NCBI RefSeq assembly: GCF_902713615.1
Contig: NW_024055461.1
Coordinates: 4,102,940-4,166,939 of the forward strand
Direction: 5' to 3'
DNA: 64,000 nt
Source of the DNA: Scyliorhinus canicula
Taxonomy: Eukaryota
The position numbers and the translations under genes were made by a program. Shown one piece after another: positions 1 through 11,986 of this stretch. The notes beneath the pieces are model-generated. The model was given only the letters and a program-made list of their open reading frames with translations. It ran no database searches and had not been told where the DNA came from. Positions within the stretch are counted from its first letter, which is position 1; each line of letters opens with the position of its first letter.

Positions 1-109
1 ACACGGGGAGAATGTGCAGACTCCGCGCAGACAGTGGCTAAAACGGGAATCGAACCTGGTACCCTAGCGATGTGAAGCAACAGTGCTAACCACTGTGCTA
101 CCATGCTGC
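1..109 (-). mobile_element. HE1/V-SINE-like SINE, 5' head fragment
   Basis: Reverse complement matches the tRNA-like head of the full copies at 1140 and 58138. Confidence 0.8.
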
Positions 110-159
110 TCTTCCTTTGCTATAGTTTGGACGGATTGAGGCGCCTTTGGAACAGTTTC

Positions 160-572
160 CGGCTAATCACACATTAATACGTGTCAGGGTCAGAGATAAG
201 AGCACCGGTGACCGTTAACAGAATAGTTCAATTATCTCAGTCCAAGTAAGCAGAGAGGCGGTCTGGGAAATCTCGAAACTTATCTCAGTCTTTGCAGAAT
301 CTCTTCAGTAGATATTTCAGAGGTTTCCCGGGAAGCGGTATGTTGCTGGATGTGGAATAATTGCAGTTTAGTTGCAACCTTTGCCCTATTGAATCATTAA
401 TCCATGTGGATCCTGAGACACTAATTGTTGGTCACTTGTTCCTGTAACAAAAACATGGAACGAGCCAGAATTCCGTGAATACCTGTAACCAATGGAATAC
501 AAACGGACCATTGAAATACGGACTCACTGGAAAGCACTGCTATCATCATCAGTAAGAGATATGGCAGCACAT
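160..572 (-). pseudogene. TCR alpha/delta-like V pseudogene
   Basis: Leader 528-572 (ccaccATG...TCCA|gtgagt; 45 nt, frameshifted). Acceptor ttgttacag, then GTSDQQLVSQDP...LNCNYS...PGKPLKYLLK...DFPDRLSA...LTVTGALISD with several stops. The WYxQ block is deleted and the heptamer is decayed (GAAACTG, 153-159). Confidence 0.85.
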
Positions 573-1139
573 GGTGGCTGATTTAGATGAGATAAATACA
601 AAACATGTGAAAATCTGTTGACTCTGATATTGAAGACAAATTCGGAGAAGGGGAAGATGTTGCTTGTTACTAGAATAGGGGCGTGTCTCTTTGACAGGTT
701 TGACTAACTTCTAAGATTGGCAACAGATGTACGCCAACCAGAGCTGGTTGTGAATCAGTTATGGATGCCTCCCGTCCAACATTAACCTTGTGAATGAAGT
801 TCTGTTTCTCCTGCCCCGCTCTCCCTCTCTGTCCCATACCCTCTCTCTCTCTCTGCTTTCCCCACTTTCATCACTTAATTTAACTTAATTCACATTTTTT
901 CTCTCCAATCTCTCTCTCGCATCGTCTATTCCTTTCACTCTTTCTCATTGAATATCGGCTTCACTCTGCGTTAATCTCCTTATACCCTTACGCCTCTCTA
1001 TCCCTCTCGATATCGCTCTTTCTCTGCCACCTTCCCTCTCTGTCTCTGTTTATAATGTGGGAAGGTGAAAGTAATTGTGCTTGTTGCCAATCACGGTAAT
1101 AAGTGTCCCACTCAATGAGCTCAACTACTGCTGATAGTT

Positions 1140-1488
1140 GGGGCAGCACGGTAGCATTGTGGATAGCACAATCGCGTCATAGCTCCAGGGTCCCAGGTTC
1201 GATTCCGGCTTGGGTCACTGTCTGTGCGGGGTCTGCACATCCTCCCCGTGTGTGCATGGGTTTCCTCCGGGTGCTCCGGTTTCCTCCCACAGTCACAAAG
1301 ATGTGCAGGTTAGGTGGATTGGCTATGATAAATTGCCCTTAGTGTCCAAAATTGCCCTTAGTGTTGGGTGGGGTTACTGGGTTATGGGGATAGGGTGGTG
1401 GTGTTGACCTTGGGTAGGGTGCTCTTTCCAAGAGCCGGTGCAGACTCGATGGGCCGAATGGCCTCCTTCTGCACTGTAAATTCTATGA
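1140..1488 (+). mobile_element. HE1/V-SINE-like SINE, full length
   Basis: GGGCAGCACGGTAGCA head, B-box-like GGTTCGATTCC, V-SINE core (GGGTTTCCTCCGGGTGCTCCGGTTTCCTCCCAC) and CR1-like tail; multiple copies in the window. Confidence 0.9.
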
Positions 1489-1544
1489 TAGCTGAGACGC
1501 ATTAGAGACATTAGAGCTTCCTGGATCCCCAGGACTGTCTCTTT

Positions 1545-2950
1545 TGTTGGGGGGGGGGGAGGGGCAAAGTTGCTCTGGTGAACTCCTCTGCGACCTTCCC
1601 ACGTACGGGATTACAATTGCACTGGGCTGGGAACTATCCAAAAAAGAGACGTATATCGTTAACTTCGGATGATTTTTGCCACTTTAAGCCTAATAGCTAC
1701 TCTGAAAGGTAGAAGGGTAAAAAACCTCTAACTCCAGATTGACAATTTAAACACCCAGGCCTAACCTCACACAGGGCAGCCTGGACACACAGTCCCACTC
1801 TCTTCCCTTCCCAGGAGAACCCCCACACCCACCCCACCCTTGACAAGCCAAAGCCGCCCATTTACACCCGCCCCCATCCCACCGCCCGCCCAAACCATGG
1901 GCCCAGCCCGAACGCCCTCATCCGACAATGCCGACACCACCCCTCATGTCACCCCACGACTCGGCCTGACCCCTCCCTCCTGAGCACCAGCTACCCCAAG
2001 CCAACTCACCGAGCTAATCCGACCCTGTCCCCTCCATCTCCAACCCGGTCCGAACCCACAGCCCTCAACGCCGCCTCGCCCATCTTTATCCGGTCCTGCT
2101 GTCGAGCCCCATGAATCTTCGGTGCTAACCCCACACCTTCTCAGTTCTGACAGTTCGACACCACTCCCTTGTCCAGTCCAAACCCACTTTTCAGGACCAA
2201 ACCACGTCATCTGGCCCGCAACCCTCCTTCCACTCCCCACCCCGCCTCCATCATGCTTCTCTGATCTGACCCACTTCTCTGATCTGACCACCATTCTGCG
2301 GTCGCCTGCCACCCCTCTTCCAACCGTACCCCACCTGTAGTCCGACTCCCCCTTCTCTGGTTCGACCCCCCTTCTCTGGTCTGATCCCCTTCTCCGATGC
2401 GATTCACCCCTCCTCTCCAGTCGGTCCCCGCCCCATTTCTCCACCCTCCTTCATCTTCTCCGTGTCGACTCCCCATATCCCCCGAATGACCTGCTCCCTT
2501 TAAATTGCCCCTTGAATCCTCCCCTTTAGGGCAACTGCTGCCGTTTAAAGGGGGAGTGACTGTTCTCTCTCTGTCCCAGTCACTCAACGCCGATGTTGCC
2601 GGGGACGGGATTCGCTGCTCCAGTATTCCCAGTCTGAGTGAGGAAACCCCAACGAAAGTAAATCCGGCAAGAGTGGCAATCTCGACTGTGCAATGGTGCG
2701 ATGGCTTTTAACAATAGGACCTGGAGCATTTCCAAAACACCCAGTGCACATATGGTAGAAATGGGCTCTTCTCTTCGTTTGGAGATTTACAGGCCAGTCT
2801 AAATCTTAGAACTGCGGAGTTGGGAGGACGGTACCTGATTTTCACTCCCACATTTAATGGGAGAGAAATTTCAATTTTCCAAGATCAGCTGGAGGAACCT
2901 GACTTGATCAAGTTCTATGTTTTGATTCATATTCTGTGCAAACACCGGGA
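1545..2950 (-). mobile_element. Old L1-clade fragment (ORF1 C-terminus, G-rich spacer, start of endonuclease)
   Basis: Minus strand gives GVKIRYRPPNSAVLRF..SPNEE..FL (ORF1 C-terminus-like), then a G-rich spacer and LNCQSGVRG...GVHQSNF (APE-like). Same layout as the L1 at 44316. Confidence 0.5.
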
Positions 2951-2954
2951 GAAT

Positions 2955-3172
2955 CATCTGCTCTGATATCCTGTTCTGGCTGAGACAGTGAATCCTCATT
3001 ACTCACCTCCGAAAGTAAACAGAGCATTAGACGAAAAAATAGAAAGAGAAGAAGCAGCCAGAAATGGTACTCAGAAATCATGCGAGGAGAGGGAAATATT
3101 GTCGGAAAGTTCCAGCATCCTGGACAGGTGACCAGAACAATTACCACCGACAAACAGAGAAAGCGCCTTCAT
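2955..3172 (-). pseudogene. Truncated V remnant (leader plus start of FR1)
   Basis: ATG at 3172 with frameshifted leader ...LSVVIVLVT. Exon EVSNEDSLSQPEQDIRADD aligns to GMSKGDSISQVQQRVEAEE of the V at 26.7 kb. Acceptor mutated (cgg); cut off by the L1 fragment. Confidence 0.55.
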
Positions 3173-3320
3173 GCTTCCAGTGTGAACTGTGCAATCAGAA
3201 ACTTTGATCATCGGGGGGAAATCTGTAAAACTGCGCCGGGATGTCAAACAGAATCACTTCTCCATTTGTATCTCTCTCAGAAACTCTCTGGGTCTAATGA
3301 GCGATAATAAGTGAGCGCGA

Positions 3321-3334
3321 GTGCCCTCTGCTGG
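3321..3334 (-). promoter_or_regulatory. CTCF-binding-element-like motif
   Basis: CCAGCAGAGGGCAC on the minus strand, ~150 bp upstream of the V-remnant ATG. Confidence 0.65.
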
Positions 3335-4091
3335 GCGGCAAAAGCTTTGGCGACACTATTGGATTGCACAGACACATACAGACAAATACACAGGCACACG
3401 CATATATCTATATAGACTGATAACAACAGTCTATACACACAAAAATAGCTGGATATCCTTTTAAATTGTAGACCTAAGTGTAATTTACCTCATATCGCCA
3501 ATGGAGTCATTTGCTTTTATCGAAGTAATCCGTGACTGCTTCTATCCACGAGATGGATTCGCAGCATCGGCAGGTAAGGTTTTCGAATCTCCCTAAACTG
3601 TTTCTTCATATCCGCATATTGGTGTGTTTCCATCTGCACAGCTAGCGATTAGTCCTGATACAGCCTGATTCGCCTTCCTTTGAATTGGAAGTTTTTCTCG
3701 CTCCAAGCAAATTACTGCGGATGTTGGAACCTGAGACAGAACCTTAAAGTGCTAGATAATCGCAATAGGTCTGTGGCAATCTGGTGAGAGCGAATGGAGC
3801 TGGCTTTTCTAATCTGGGTGATAGTTTCTCAAAGCTAGAGAGGACTGCCATTATTTTGGTTGTCCTTTAAATTATTAACTAAGCCTCAAGCTTTGGTGAA
3901 GACAAACTGTTTCATCGGGAACCTGTGACATTTCACCAGGAATTATCTCGAAGTTGCATTAGCATCTAATGGCATTACTTGCAGCGATCTGCCAGCTCCA
4001 ATTGTGAAAAATCGACTGTGGATCCTTGACAAAGCGTCAACCTACTGGAGAATGCGCCTACCTTATGAGTTTTTTAGATTGCACTTCATAT

Positions 4092-4672
4092 TGTTATGGG
4101 CCAGGGTTTAGAGAACCCCAAAGTGTATCATGGAGTTTACCTGACCCCCAACTTTTAATTGATTGTGGTATGGGGAGCACACGGCCCACTCTACAGGTGT
4201 GGTACAGCATAAATGGAAAAGTATTTTTTAAAGAAAAACAATGTTTATTCTATGAATTCAAGTTAACCTTTTCAAAACAAATAGTGAATATATTAGCAAC
4301 CATTAATTCAATTACAACCCCCAAAGAATACGACACTAAGTAATCATTTAAGCTTTCCTTTTAACATCCTGAAGACTTACAAAAATAAAACACCTTTTAA
4401 CAGAGGCATATCGGGTTAAAGTCACTACTGAAAACATTTATAATTCTGAATTCACCAAATGATCATGAAATAGTCTTTTCATGACAGAGAGACCAATAGT
4501 ATCAACAGCTCTGTCTGGGTTCGGCTCCCACACTGAAACTAAACCACACCCTGCCGCTAACAGCCTAAAACGAAAGTAAAAAGCTGACGGACAGCCCAGC
4601 TCCACCGACACTCTGACATCACTGCAGTAATATGAGCAGCCAAACATTTCTTAAAGCGACATTCACATGACA
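4092..4672. mobile_element. Solo LTR (Gypsy-like)
   Basis: TGTTATG...CATGACA imperfect inverted termini (TG..CA), 581 bp, flanked by the 4-bp duplication ATAT (4088-4091 and 4673-4676). Confidence 0.75.
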
Positions 4673-4742
4673 ATATCAGACTAGAAGAATCAATATATCA
4701 AGAATAATCTGTATTTTCTCTCGAACTTCAAGAAGCTACCAA

Positions 4743-5500
4743 GTGTTCTCCCTGTTCCTTGGTGATAATAATAATCTTGCTGCCTGGCGAGACTATGTTT
4801 AGTCAGGGTGTTATCCAGACGTTCCGTTTACTTTATGACTTTTGGAATATTCTGCACTTGATTTACAACAAACAGAAGCGATGATCCAGTCTCCCAGGAT
4901 CTGTCAGAATTAACAATTCAGGAAGAACAGAGCGTTATACTGTAATGTCGTTCCTCAGCAACTTACGGGGCCCCAACTCGCCAAGGTTCCTTCGATAGTA
5001 CCTTCCAAACCCACAACCACTGCCATCTAGAAGGACAAGAACAGCAGGTACCTGGGAACCCCACCACCTGCAGGTTCCCTCCAAGTCACTCACCATACTG
5101 ACTTGTAAATATATCGCCGCGTCTTCACTGCCATTCGGGAAACACCCTGGAACTCCCTCCCTAGCAGCACAGTGGGTGCACCTACATCTCAGGGACTGCA
5201 GCGGTTCAATAATGTAACTCACCACCACCTTCTGAAGGGGAACTAGGAATGGACAATAAATGCTGGCCGAAGCAGCGATGCCCACATCCCATAAATGATT
5301 GTTTTAAACACTCTGTTCTGCTTCTAACAGTATCAGCTAGTTCCCCCCCAAAGAGTGCTCTTACACAAAAATCGGCATAACTCAGTCTATACAGTGTGGG
5401 GCACAGGGATCTTTCTACAAGATCGTAAAAACCACAGCACTCAACAATTGGAGAGGAACAATTGCAGAAATATATTAATTAATTTCAACTCATATTTATA
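4743..5500 (+). pseudogene. V pseudogene interrupted by a LINE fragment
   Basis: Leader remnant GTGTTCTCCCTG...ATAATAATCTTGCTGCCTG|gcgag. FR1 SDDPVSQDLSELTIQEEQSVIL*C (~4872-4950) aligns to the V at 12.1 kb. After the insert, TLFCF*QY (decayed TLFWYIQY) resumes at ~5310. The 3' end is unclear. Confidence 0.7.
4980..5305 (+). mobile_element. Non-LTR retrotransposon 3' fragment (L2/CR1 superfamily)
   Basis: Homologous to the 3' end of 31075-32010 (ccttccaaacc...gaagggcaactag...cccacatccc). Confidence 0.7.
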
Positions 5501-6191
5501 CTATAACCGACCTCTTTAAATCTAGTCTTCGCTTTTCATTTAGTTGATGCAGTTTCCCGTGCCTGTCTAATGCTGAGAAAGTCTTCTCCATCTGTCCTTG
5601 ACAGTTTCCGCCCTGTTCACTGAGTGTATTTGACCCCCGAGTTGTGTTTTTGCTTCATAGCGCAGTTTATACACCATAGACAGATTTCATAAAGAAGATA
5701 AAATATAACACCTCAAGTGCAGATTCCGCCAATAACCTGTGGGATTTTATAATGTTCCTTGATGCTAAATGTTACAAATTCACCATGGATTAATCGGTTT
5801 TTCTACTGTTAATTAAAGACCAGGGTGTAATTCCTCGCGTGGTTAAAAAGTGACCCATTCCCTTATAGATAATATTGAAAGCAATCGAGTTCCGATAGTT
5901 CCCCGGGATCCATTCGATGTCAGCATTTCCCATCGCCGGACACGCACAGGACTCACAGAGACCACAAATAACTGAATTTATGATCAACGAATGCGGTAAA
6001 CATTTGGTGGCAGCTTGATACCGTGGTCATATGCTTTTTTGTTGCTCCGTGCTGTTTTCAGTCTTGAGCGGCTACACTAGTAACCATTGTGACTGCATCT
6101 GCCGCCTAACACGGCAAGGATGTTGCAATCTGCCGTTTAAAGGACAGTTTTGGTAACGGTGGCCGATTTGGTCTACTTTCCTATCACTGTG

Positions 6192-6684
6192 AGTTCCAAC
6201 GACCCCCGAGGCGCAGTCAAGTATATCCAGCAGCGGTCAGTCAGTCTGTCAGAGTCCACGATAGTCAAACTTGGTCAATTTACTTGGATAGTCAGCAAGC
6301 TCTCTCCAGTGAACGGCTTTTAAGCAAAATTCGCTACCATTCTTCACAAATATCGAGTTTTTCCACAATATAAACCCAGGCTGTGTATCTGGGTGTTGCC
6401 GGTCCCAGTATAATAGTAGTTGCTCGTTGAGTATCATAGGTACAGTTTAAAGTCACCGCTTCTCCTTTCCGTCTTAATATCCGAGGATAGCTGCTGAGTG
6501 ACAGAATCTCCATGACTCGGATCTGAAAAAAAACATTCAAGTGGAAACAGATCAGACCAACGATTACTTAAAATCAGTTTTAATACATATTGTGGTCATA
6601 AAACAAAAGATGAGAGACGCTGGATCCACAATTACTTGTCAGGAATGTTCCCCACAACACAACCCACAAGCTGAGTAGCCGCAT
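6192..6684 (-). pseudogene. V pseudogene with intact leader
   Basis: Leader 6636-6684 MRLLSLWVVLWGTFLT|gtaatt. Exon from 6522 PSHGDSVTQQ...GEAVTLNCTYD...YWDRQHPDTQPGFILWK with frameshifts. Perfect heptamer CACAGTG at 6185-6191, but no nonamer at 23 bp (ACCAAAACT at 30 bp). Confidence 0.85.
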
Positions 6685-7622
6685 TGTTTATCTCCGCTCT
6701 GTGAAAGGCAAGTTGGATACTTGAAGTCTACTGTTCTCAACCCAGCCCTGAATAATCTGCTGCCCTGTCTCAGGATGTGCTTCACCTCATTTGATTGTGT
6801 CCCCAGTGGTGCTGTGAGATTGGCAGCTGGTGAGCTGCCAGACAGTGAGGCGCTCCGAGCTGGCTTCAGTTAGCGATCTGATAGGACTAAATGTGTTTCC
6901 TAATTAGACACGTGGAACTAGATTTTGCAGCCGGAAACATGGGGTCTCTGAATGGGGTTTCTTCATTCTGGCTTCAATTCTTCATTTCAAATTTCAGTGG
7001 CCTTACCGTCAGGGCAATGGTAGTTCTAACTGCGCGAGATGCCAAAAATTAAGTTGTGAAACACCAATTATTTCAAATTCTGTCAGAGTGTTTTTTTCGG
7101 GCCGCCATGTTAAAATGTTATGTTGTTCATATCATTAACTGCTGGTGCTGCACATACAACTGAGCAGACATAACGAATAGATTGTCGCTATAATTTAAAA
7201 GTGTCCCCAGCACCTTTTTCTGCAGACGTATTTTAAAATCGGTTTAATTATTCCGTAGAACTCTGACTGTCTTTACGTTCGCGATGAATAATCTAAACAT
7301 CTATAATGTATAGATTTTGGATTTAAGGTGAGAGAGAATACTTATTATTGCTTTTTTTCTTGGAGTGTGCCTCTCGTGGGTGAAAGTGATCGGAAAAGAG
7401 CGCAGGGAGTGGCTTCAAAGTCTCTAAGATCAGATGGAGGGACGGTTTTATTAACAATAATTCAACACCGACAGGACATGGATAACATTGTTCAGAATTT
7501 TTTCTAGGATTTAAAAAACTGGGGCAATAAAAGGAAATAAGACACCGGAGTTTTATTTTCCCTTGCACTGCTTTACCATCCATTTCCACATCATTGCATT
7601 TCGGAATATTGTGGTCTGACGC

Positions 7623-7636
7623 GCGCCCTCTAGTGG
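7623..7636 (-). promoter_or_regulatory. CTCF-binding-element-like motif
   Basis: CCACTAGAGGGCGC on the minus strand. Confidence 0.7.
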
Positions 7637-8125
7637 GAGAGATGTTCGGCCGCTGCTGGACAGGTTGCGATTCTGTCTTCAATCTTTGACCTAATAGTGA
7701 AAGGTGACAATAATACCATATCCAGGTTGAGCGCTCCTGACGCAATATCAAAGCAATAACAAAGATTTTATTCATTCAACTAACGACTGTGTCAAGAAAG
7801 TGAAAGCATTATGAGTAAAAGGTAGAGACTGACGATTGAGAGGGAACGTGCAGGGGAAATATATTGAAAAGCAGCGGGTCAATTCAGGTTCCATAGATGC
7901 ATTTGTAAAGTATATTTTTATTGGACACTTAAGTTGTTGATGTAATTTACAAGAGGACTTGGTCCGTTCTTATTGAGTCCTGTGTTCCTTTGTAATTGTT
8001 TTTAAATCTCTGTGAATCTGACGGTATTGCTTTTGTTCATGGTGTGCGGGAGTTAGCTGGAATGACATCGAATTGAACTCTCAGTGTGGGATTTCAGGAA
8101 TGCGCGGTACCTCTGCAGCATAGCG

Positions 8126-8573
8126 GGACTCCGTCGTGGAGAAATATGCAGCCGTGTGGATATCAAGGCGGGGTAATTTTGGTAGCGCTACTAAGCATGG
8201 CAATTAATCACTCGTAAACGTCGGGGCTCCGTTTTGTTATTGTGCCATAAGGTAAAAAAAAACACTGCAGGTAATTCCCGTATCTTACTGTACCAGAACA
8301 CATAAGGTCTGTGATAGCCTGTTTGAAAAATGTTGTTTATGGTAATATTACTTTGCTCTTCAATCGTCTGTTCAGCTACCGGCTGCTCCAGTGAATCTTA
8401 ATGGCTCCATTCTGACTTAGATAATAGCAATATTTAACATTACATAAACATCACAATAATTTCGATATTAACAATGATTTGGGTCGCAGCCAGGGTTGGT
8501 GGTGCAGAGAATATATATTTACTTGGGAACATAGATATTAATAAGAACTACTACAAAAATGAGTTTCCCCACT
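8126..8573 (-). pseudogene. V pseudogene
   Basis: Exon from 8411 WSH*DSLEQPVAEQTIEEQSNITIN...YVFWYSK. The 3' flank (CTGCAGAG spacer start, CACACTGAGAGTTC) is homologous to that of the V at 12.4 kb. Heptamer and nonamer decayed; leader remnant ~8522-8573. Confidence 0.75.
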
Positions 8574-8879
8574 GGACCGCTGATACAGTCAATGTCCAAC
8601 AGAGAAAGGCGACAACAATCTCTCCAATAAAACAGGGCAGGTAAGACGCTTCAGAACAAGAACAACACAGGAAAGCTGAGGAGGATTTCCACAAGCAAAA
8701 TTGCTGTATGTAGGATTTATCTGCAAGGAAGTCAATAGGAAAATTATCTAATTGTCTCACTGTGAGGCGGGTAACTTAATCATCATCCCATACTGCGGGC
8801 CACCAGGCTCGTATCAGGAGTGCCAGTGTTAGTAAATTATACAATGCTTAACGAAATTTTCACCTGTTTAGTGAATAGA

Positions 8880-9960
8880 AACCAGGGTCGAATAGAGCCA
8901 GAGTGTTACAGCGCGAAAAGTGACCCTATGGCCCATGGTGTCTGAACATTAAGTACCTATCTATTATCATCCATTTTTCAGCGCTTGCTCCATAGCCTTG
9001 TGTGTCATGTTGTTTCACGTGCTCATCTAAAAGCTTCTTAAGTGTTGTGAGGGTTTTCCCCTAAACCACCCGTTCAGACAGTGACATCCAGATTCCCTCC
9101 AGCTCTGGGCTGAAAATGTTTTTCCTCAAATCCCTTCTGAATTCCTGCCTATTATCCTAAACGTTCCCCTTGGTTGTTCACTCCTCTAATAGGTGGGAAA
9201 GTGTCTTTCTATCTACCCTATCTATATCCCTCATAATGTTGTAAACTTCAATCAGGTACGCCCCCCCCCCTCTCTCAGCCTTCTGTGCTCTAAGAAACAC
9301 AACCGCAGCCGGATCAGCCTCTTCATGGTGGAAACGCTCCATTCCAGGCAACAGTCTGCTGAAACACTCTGCAACCTTTCTCGAGCAATCACATCCTTCC
9401 TATGGTGCGGCGACCAGAACTGCACACAGTACTCTAGCTGTGGTCTAACGACAGTTTCATACAGCTGCATCATAGCTTCCTTGCTCGTATATTTTCTGCC
9501 TCGGCTAACGAAGAGAAGTTACCCTTATGCCCTCTTAACCACGTTATCTCCCTGTTTTGCTGCCTTCGGGGATCTATGGACATGTATCACAAGTCCATCT
9601 GACCCTCTGTGCTTCACAGCGTCCTACTTTCATTGTGCATTCCCTTGCCTTGTTGGTCATCTCAAAATGCACCATTTCAAACTTTTACGGGTTGAATTTT
9701 ATTTCCATAATTTCACCCATCTGACCTGCTCATCTATATCGTCCTGTAATCTCAAACCTGCCTTCTCGCTATTTACCACAGCACCAGCTTTCCTGTCATT
9801 TGTGAACTTGCTGAGCATACCCACCACATTGACATCTAGATCATTAATGTGCACTACAGACAGAAAGTGACCCAGCACTGATCACTGTTGTTCATCCCTG
9901 GATGCAGGCTTCCAGTTAAAAAAACTGAACAGATGTGTTGGACTGGTTCTGAATTAACGT
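8880..9960 (-). mobile_element. CR1 LINE 3' fragment
   Basis: ORF 9252-9473 LYETVVRPQLEYCVQFWSP, a typical CR1 ORF2 C-terminal motif. Confidence 0.85.
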
Positions 9961-10241
9961 ACAAGGTAGTAGGAAACGCTTTAAATGTTTATATTAGAGA
10001 GGGGAGGGATGAATAAAGACACGTGCAGTCACCAAGAAAAGGGCAGGGAAAGATGTTGTAAACTACAAAGGCTAGTAATGGTATTACTGATCGATTGGTC
10101 AATCCACTATCAACGAAGTTGCATTTATAAACTAATGCAACGGCGCAACTGGACAACACCAGTTCTGACTGTTGTGTTTGGTGACGTTGTAAGAATCTCC
10201 CTGTCACTCTCATTGTGGAAACTAACCCCGCTTGTGTGCGT

Positions 10242-10255
10242 GCGCTCCCTGCTGA
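10242..10255 (-). promoter_or_regulatory. CTCF-like motif downstream of RSS
   Basis: TCAGCAGGGAGCGC (two mismatches to CCAGCAGGGGGCGC), 21 bp beyond the nonamer; same position as the motif at 12502. Confidence 0.5.
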
Positions 10256-10276
10256 ACAGATTTAATTGTGAGTGAG

Positions 10277-10316
10277 AGTTTTTGTATGGAATCCGCTATA
10301 TCTCGGCAGCAGTTTG
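10277..10316 (-). other. RSS with 24-bp spacer and mutated heptamer
   Basis: CAAACTG (10310-10316) - 24 bp - ACAAAAACT (10277-10285). Confidence 0.75.
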
Positions 10317-10735
10317 GGCTTCATGGCACAGAAATCCACATGTTAGCTCGATAATCATGTTCTCCTGATCAAACGTAGAAGGAAATCGATCATTGAGATC
10401 ACTCTTCCTCTACACAGTCACCCCAATAAGACGAAACATGTAGCGTACGGTTTCCCTGGCTGCTGACTGTACCCGTGCACATATGTGGCAGAATCGATTG
10501 TTGTCAAGATGCAGGTGAATCTGATATTGTTTTGATCTTTAACCGTACTTTTCCAGCATCTAGCAGCTGTATTTAGTCTTGGTAGCTCCATTCTAACAAA
10601 CATAAAAGTAATAATAAAAATCAGAGTCAACCTCATGTTAATCAATATGATAATCAACTCCGCCTTCACTATTGCTTTACCAGCAATAGCAGTTATGGCA
10701 GTTAGTAGGAGAATCGATTTTACTGGGACGGAAAT
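10317..10735 (-). pseudogene. V pseudogene
   Basis: Leader remnant ..SILLLTAITAIA|gtaaag with no ATG. Exon from 10592 WSYQD*IQ...IRFTC...YVHGYSQQPGKP...DLNDRF...FCAMKP, with stops, frameshifts and Trp41 lost. Confidence 0.8.
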
Positions 10736-11986
10736 ACCTAGTTTTCACGCAGAAACTGGTGAGTGCTTGGTACGTGCTGGCGGAGGATGTGGTGGAAGCA
10801 AGCACATTAGCAACATTTAAGAGGCATTTGGATGGGTACATGAATAGGGAGGAAATAGATGGATTACTAGTAAGGGTAGAAGTTTTTTCTCTCGTTAGGG
10901 CATCGTGATCGGCATAGGCTTGGAGGGGCGAAGGGCTTGATCCTGTGCTGTACTTTTCTTTGTTTGTTTTGTTCATCCGGTTAAATGAGGTTCGTTTTAA
11001 TCAAGATGTAAACACAGACCTGCCAACGATTCGCTGAATCTTAAGCACACATTCATTGATAGGTTGCAGATATGATTTCCGATCCGCACATATCCATTGG
11101 ATCCAAAGTTAGCTACTTCCATTTTAGTCTGGCGCCTGAGCTGTAGTTATCATCTTGTATATTTTATAGTTCCTCCCATCAAAGAGCTCCCCTACCGTAT
11201 TTTCCTGTTTACTGCAACGGATGCGGTTGTTGGTTCCTTTTATTGCTATTAAATGTACTTTAACACAGTTGAACATATAGACAGAAACTCATTTAGAATT
11301 TTGTTTAAATCGCAGCAAAATGACTTATTTTGACAAGTGTTGTGTTTTATTCAATTGATTATACCTTATTTCTCAATTATTTAATATTTTAATATATTAT
11401 TACATATCTATTATTTTTCTTCCCATTTTGAATTCCTGCATCTACTTTATGTTTTTTCTTACCATATCCCTTTATTTCTCTCTGTGTTTATGTTGTTATC
11501 TGTTCGTTTGTCTCTCTTCGTTTCCTCGACTTTATTGTCTCCACATCACTTCACCGGGTCCCTTCACTGTACCGTGGTTGGTGAATTTGTTGAAACGGGA
11601 ATTTGAGATGAATTTGATTTTCTACTCTCTGAACTTGTATGCCACGCGAAGGAACGAAAACGAGACAATGAAATTGAGAGAGAGAGAGAGAGACGACATA
11701 CCGACAGAGAGAACCGAACGGCAGAGAGAGACAGACACGAAGAGAAAGCTGGAGACACCAAGGCCGCGTAAATACGAAAGGAATTAATTAGCCCAAGAGC
11801 AAAAACGATTCGAGCCCGATTCTCAGGTGTTCTGAGGGACCAGCCAATTCTACCCTTGGGAAACGCCCCTCAGAATCACATTGAATGAAGTCTGCAGCTG
11901 ATTGGAGATTACTCTTTAATATCAGACTAGAGCTGCAACGTATTTCAAACATAATCTTATTTCTTTCCAACTTTAAACCGGGTACC

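Noticed and set aside
1140-1215. tRNA gene
   Set aside because: tRNA-derived SINE head, not a full cloverleaf gene.
1103-1407. Recurring ORFs such as MGHCLCGVCTSSPCV (also at 27.4, 29.5 and 58.1 kb)
   Set aside because: Chance translations of SINE copies.
5392-5398. Minus-strand heptamer CACACTG
   Set aside because: No nonamer at 12 or 23 bp; it lies inside a plus-strand V remnant.
10170-10230. J-like VVFGDVVRIS
   Set aside because: No FGxG, no upstream 12-RSS and no splice donor.
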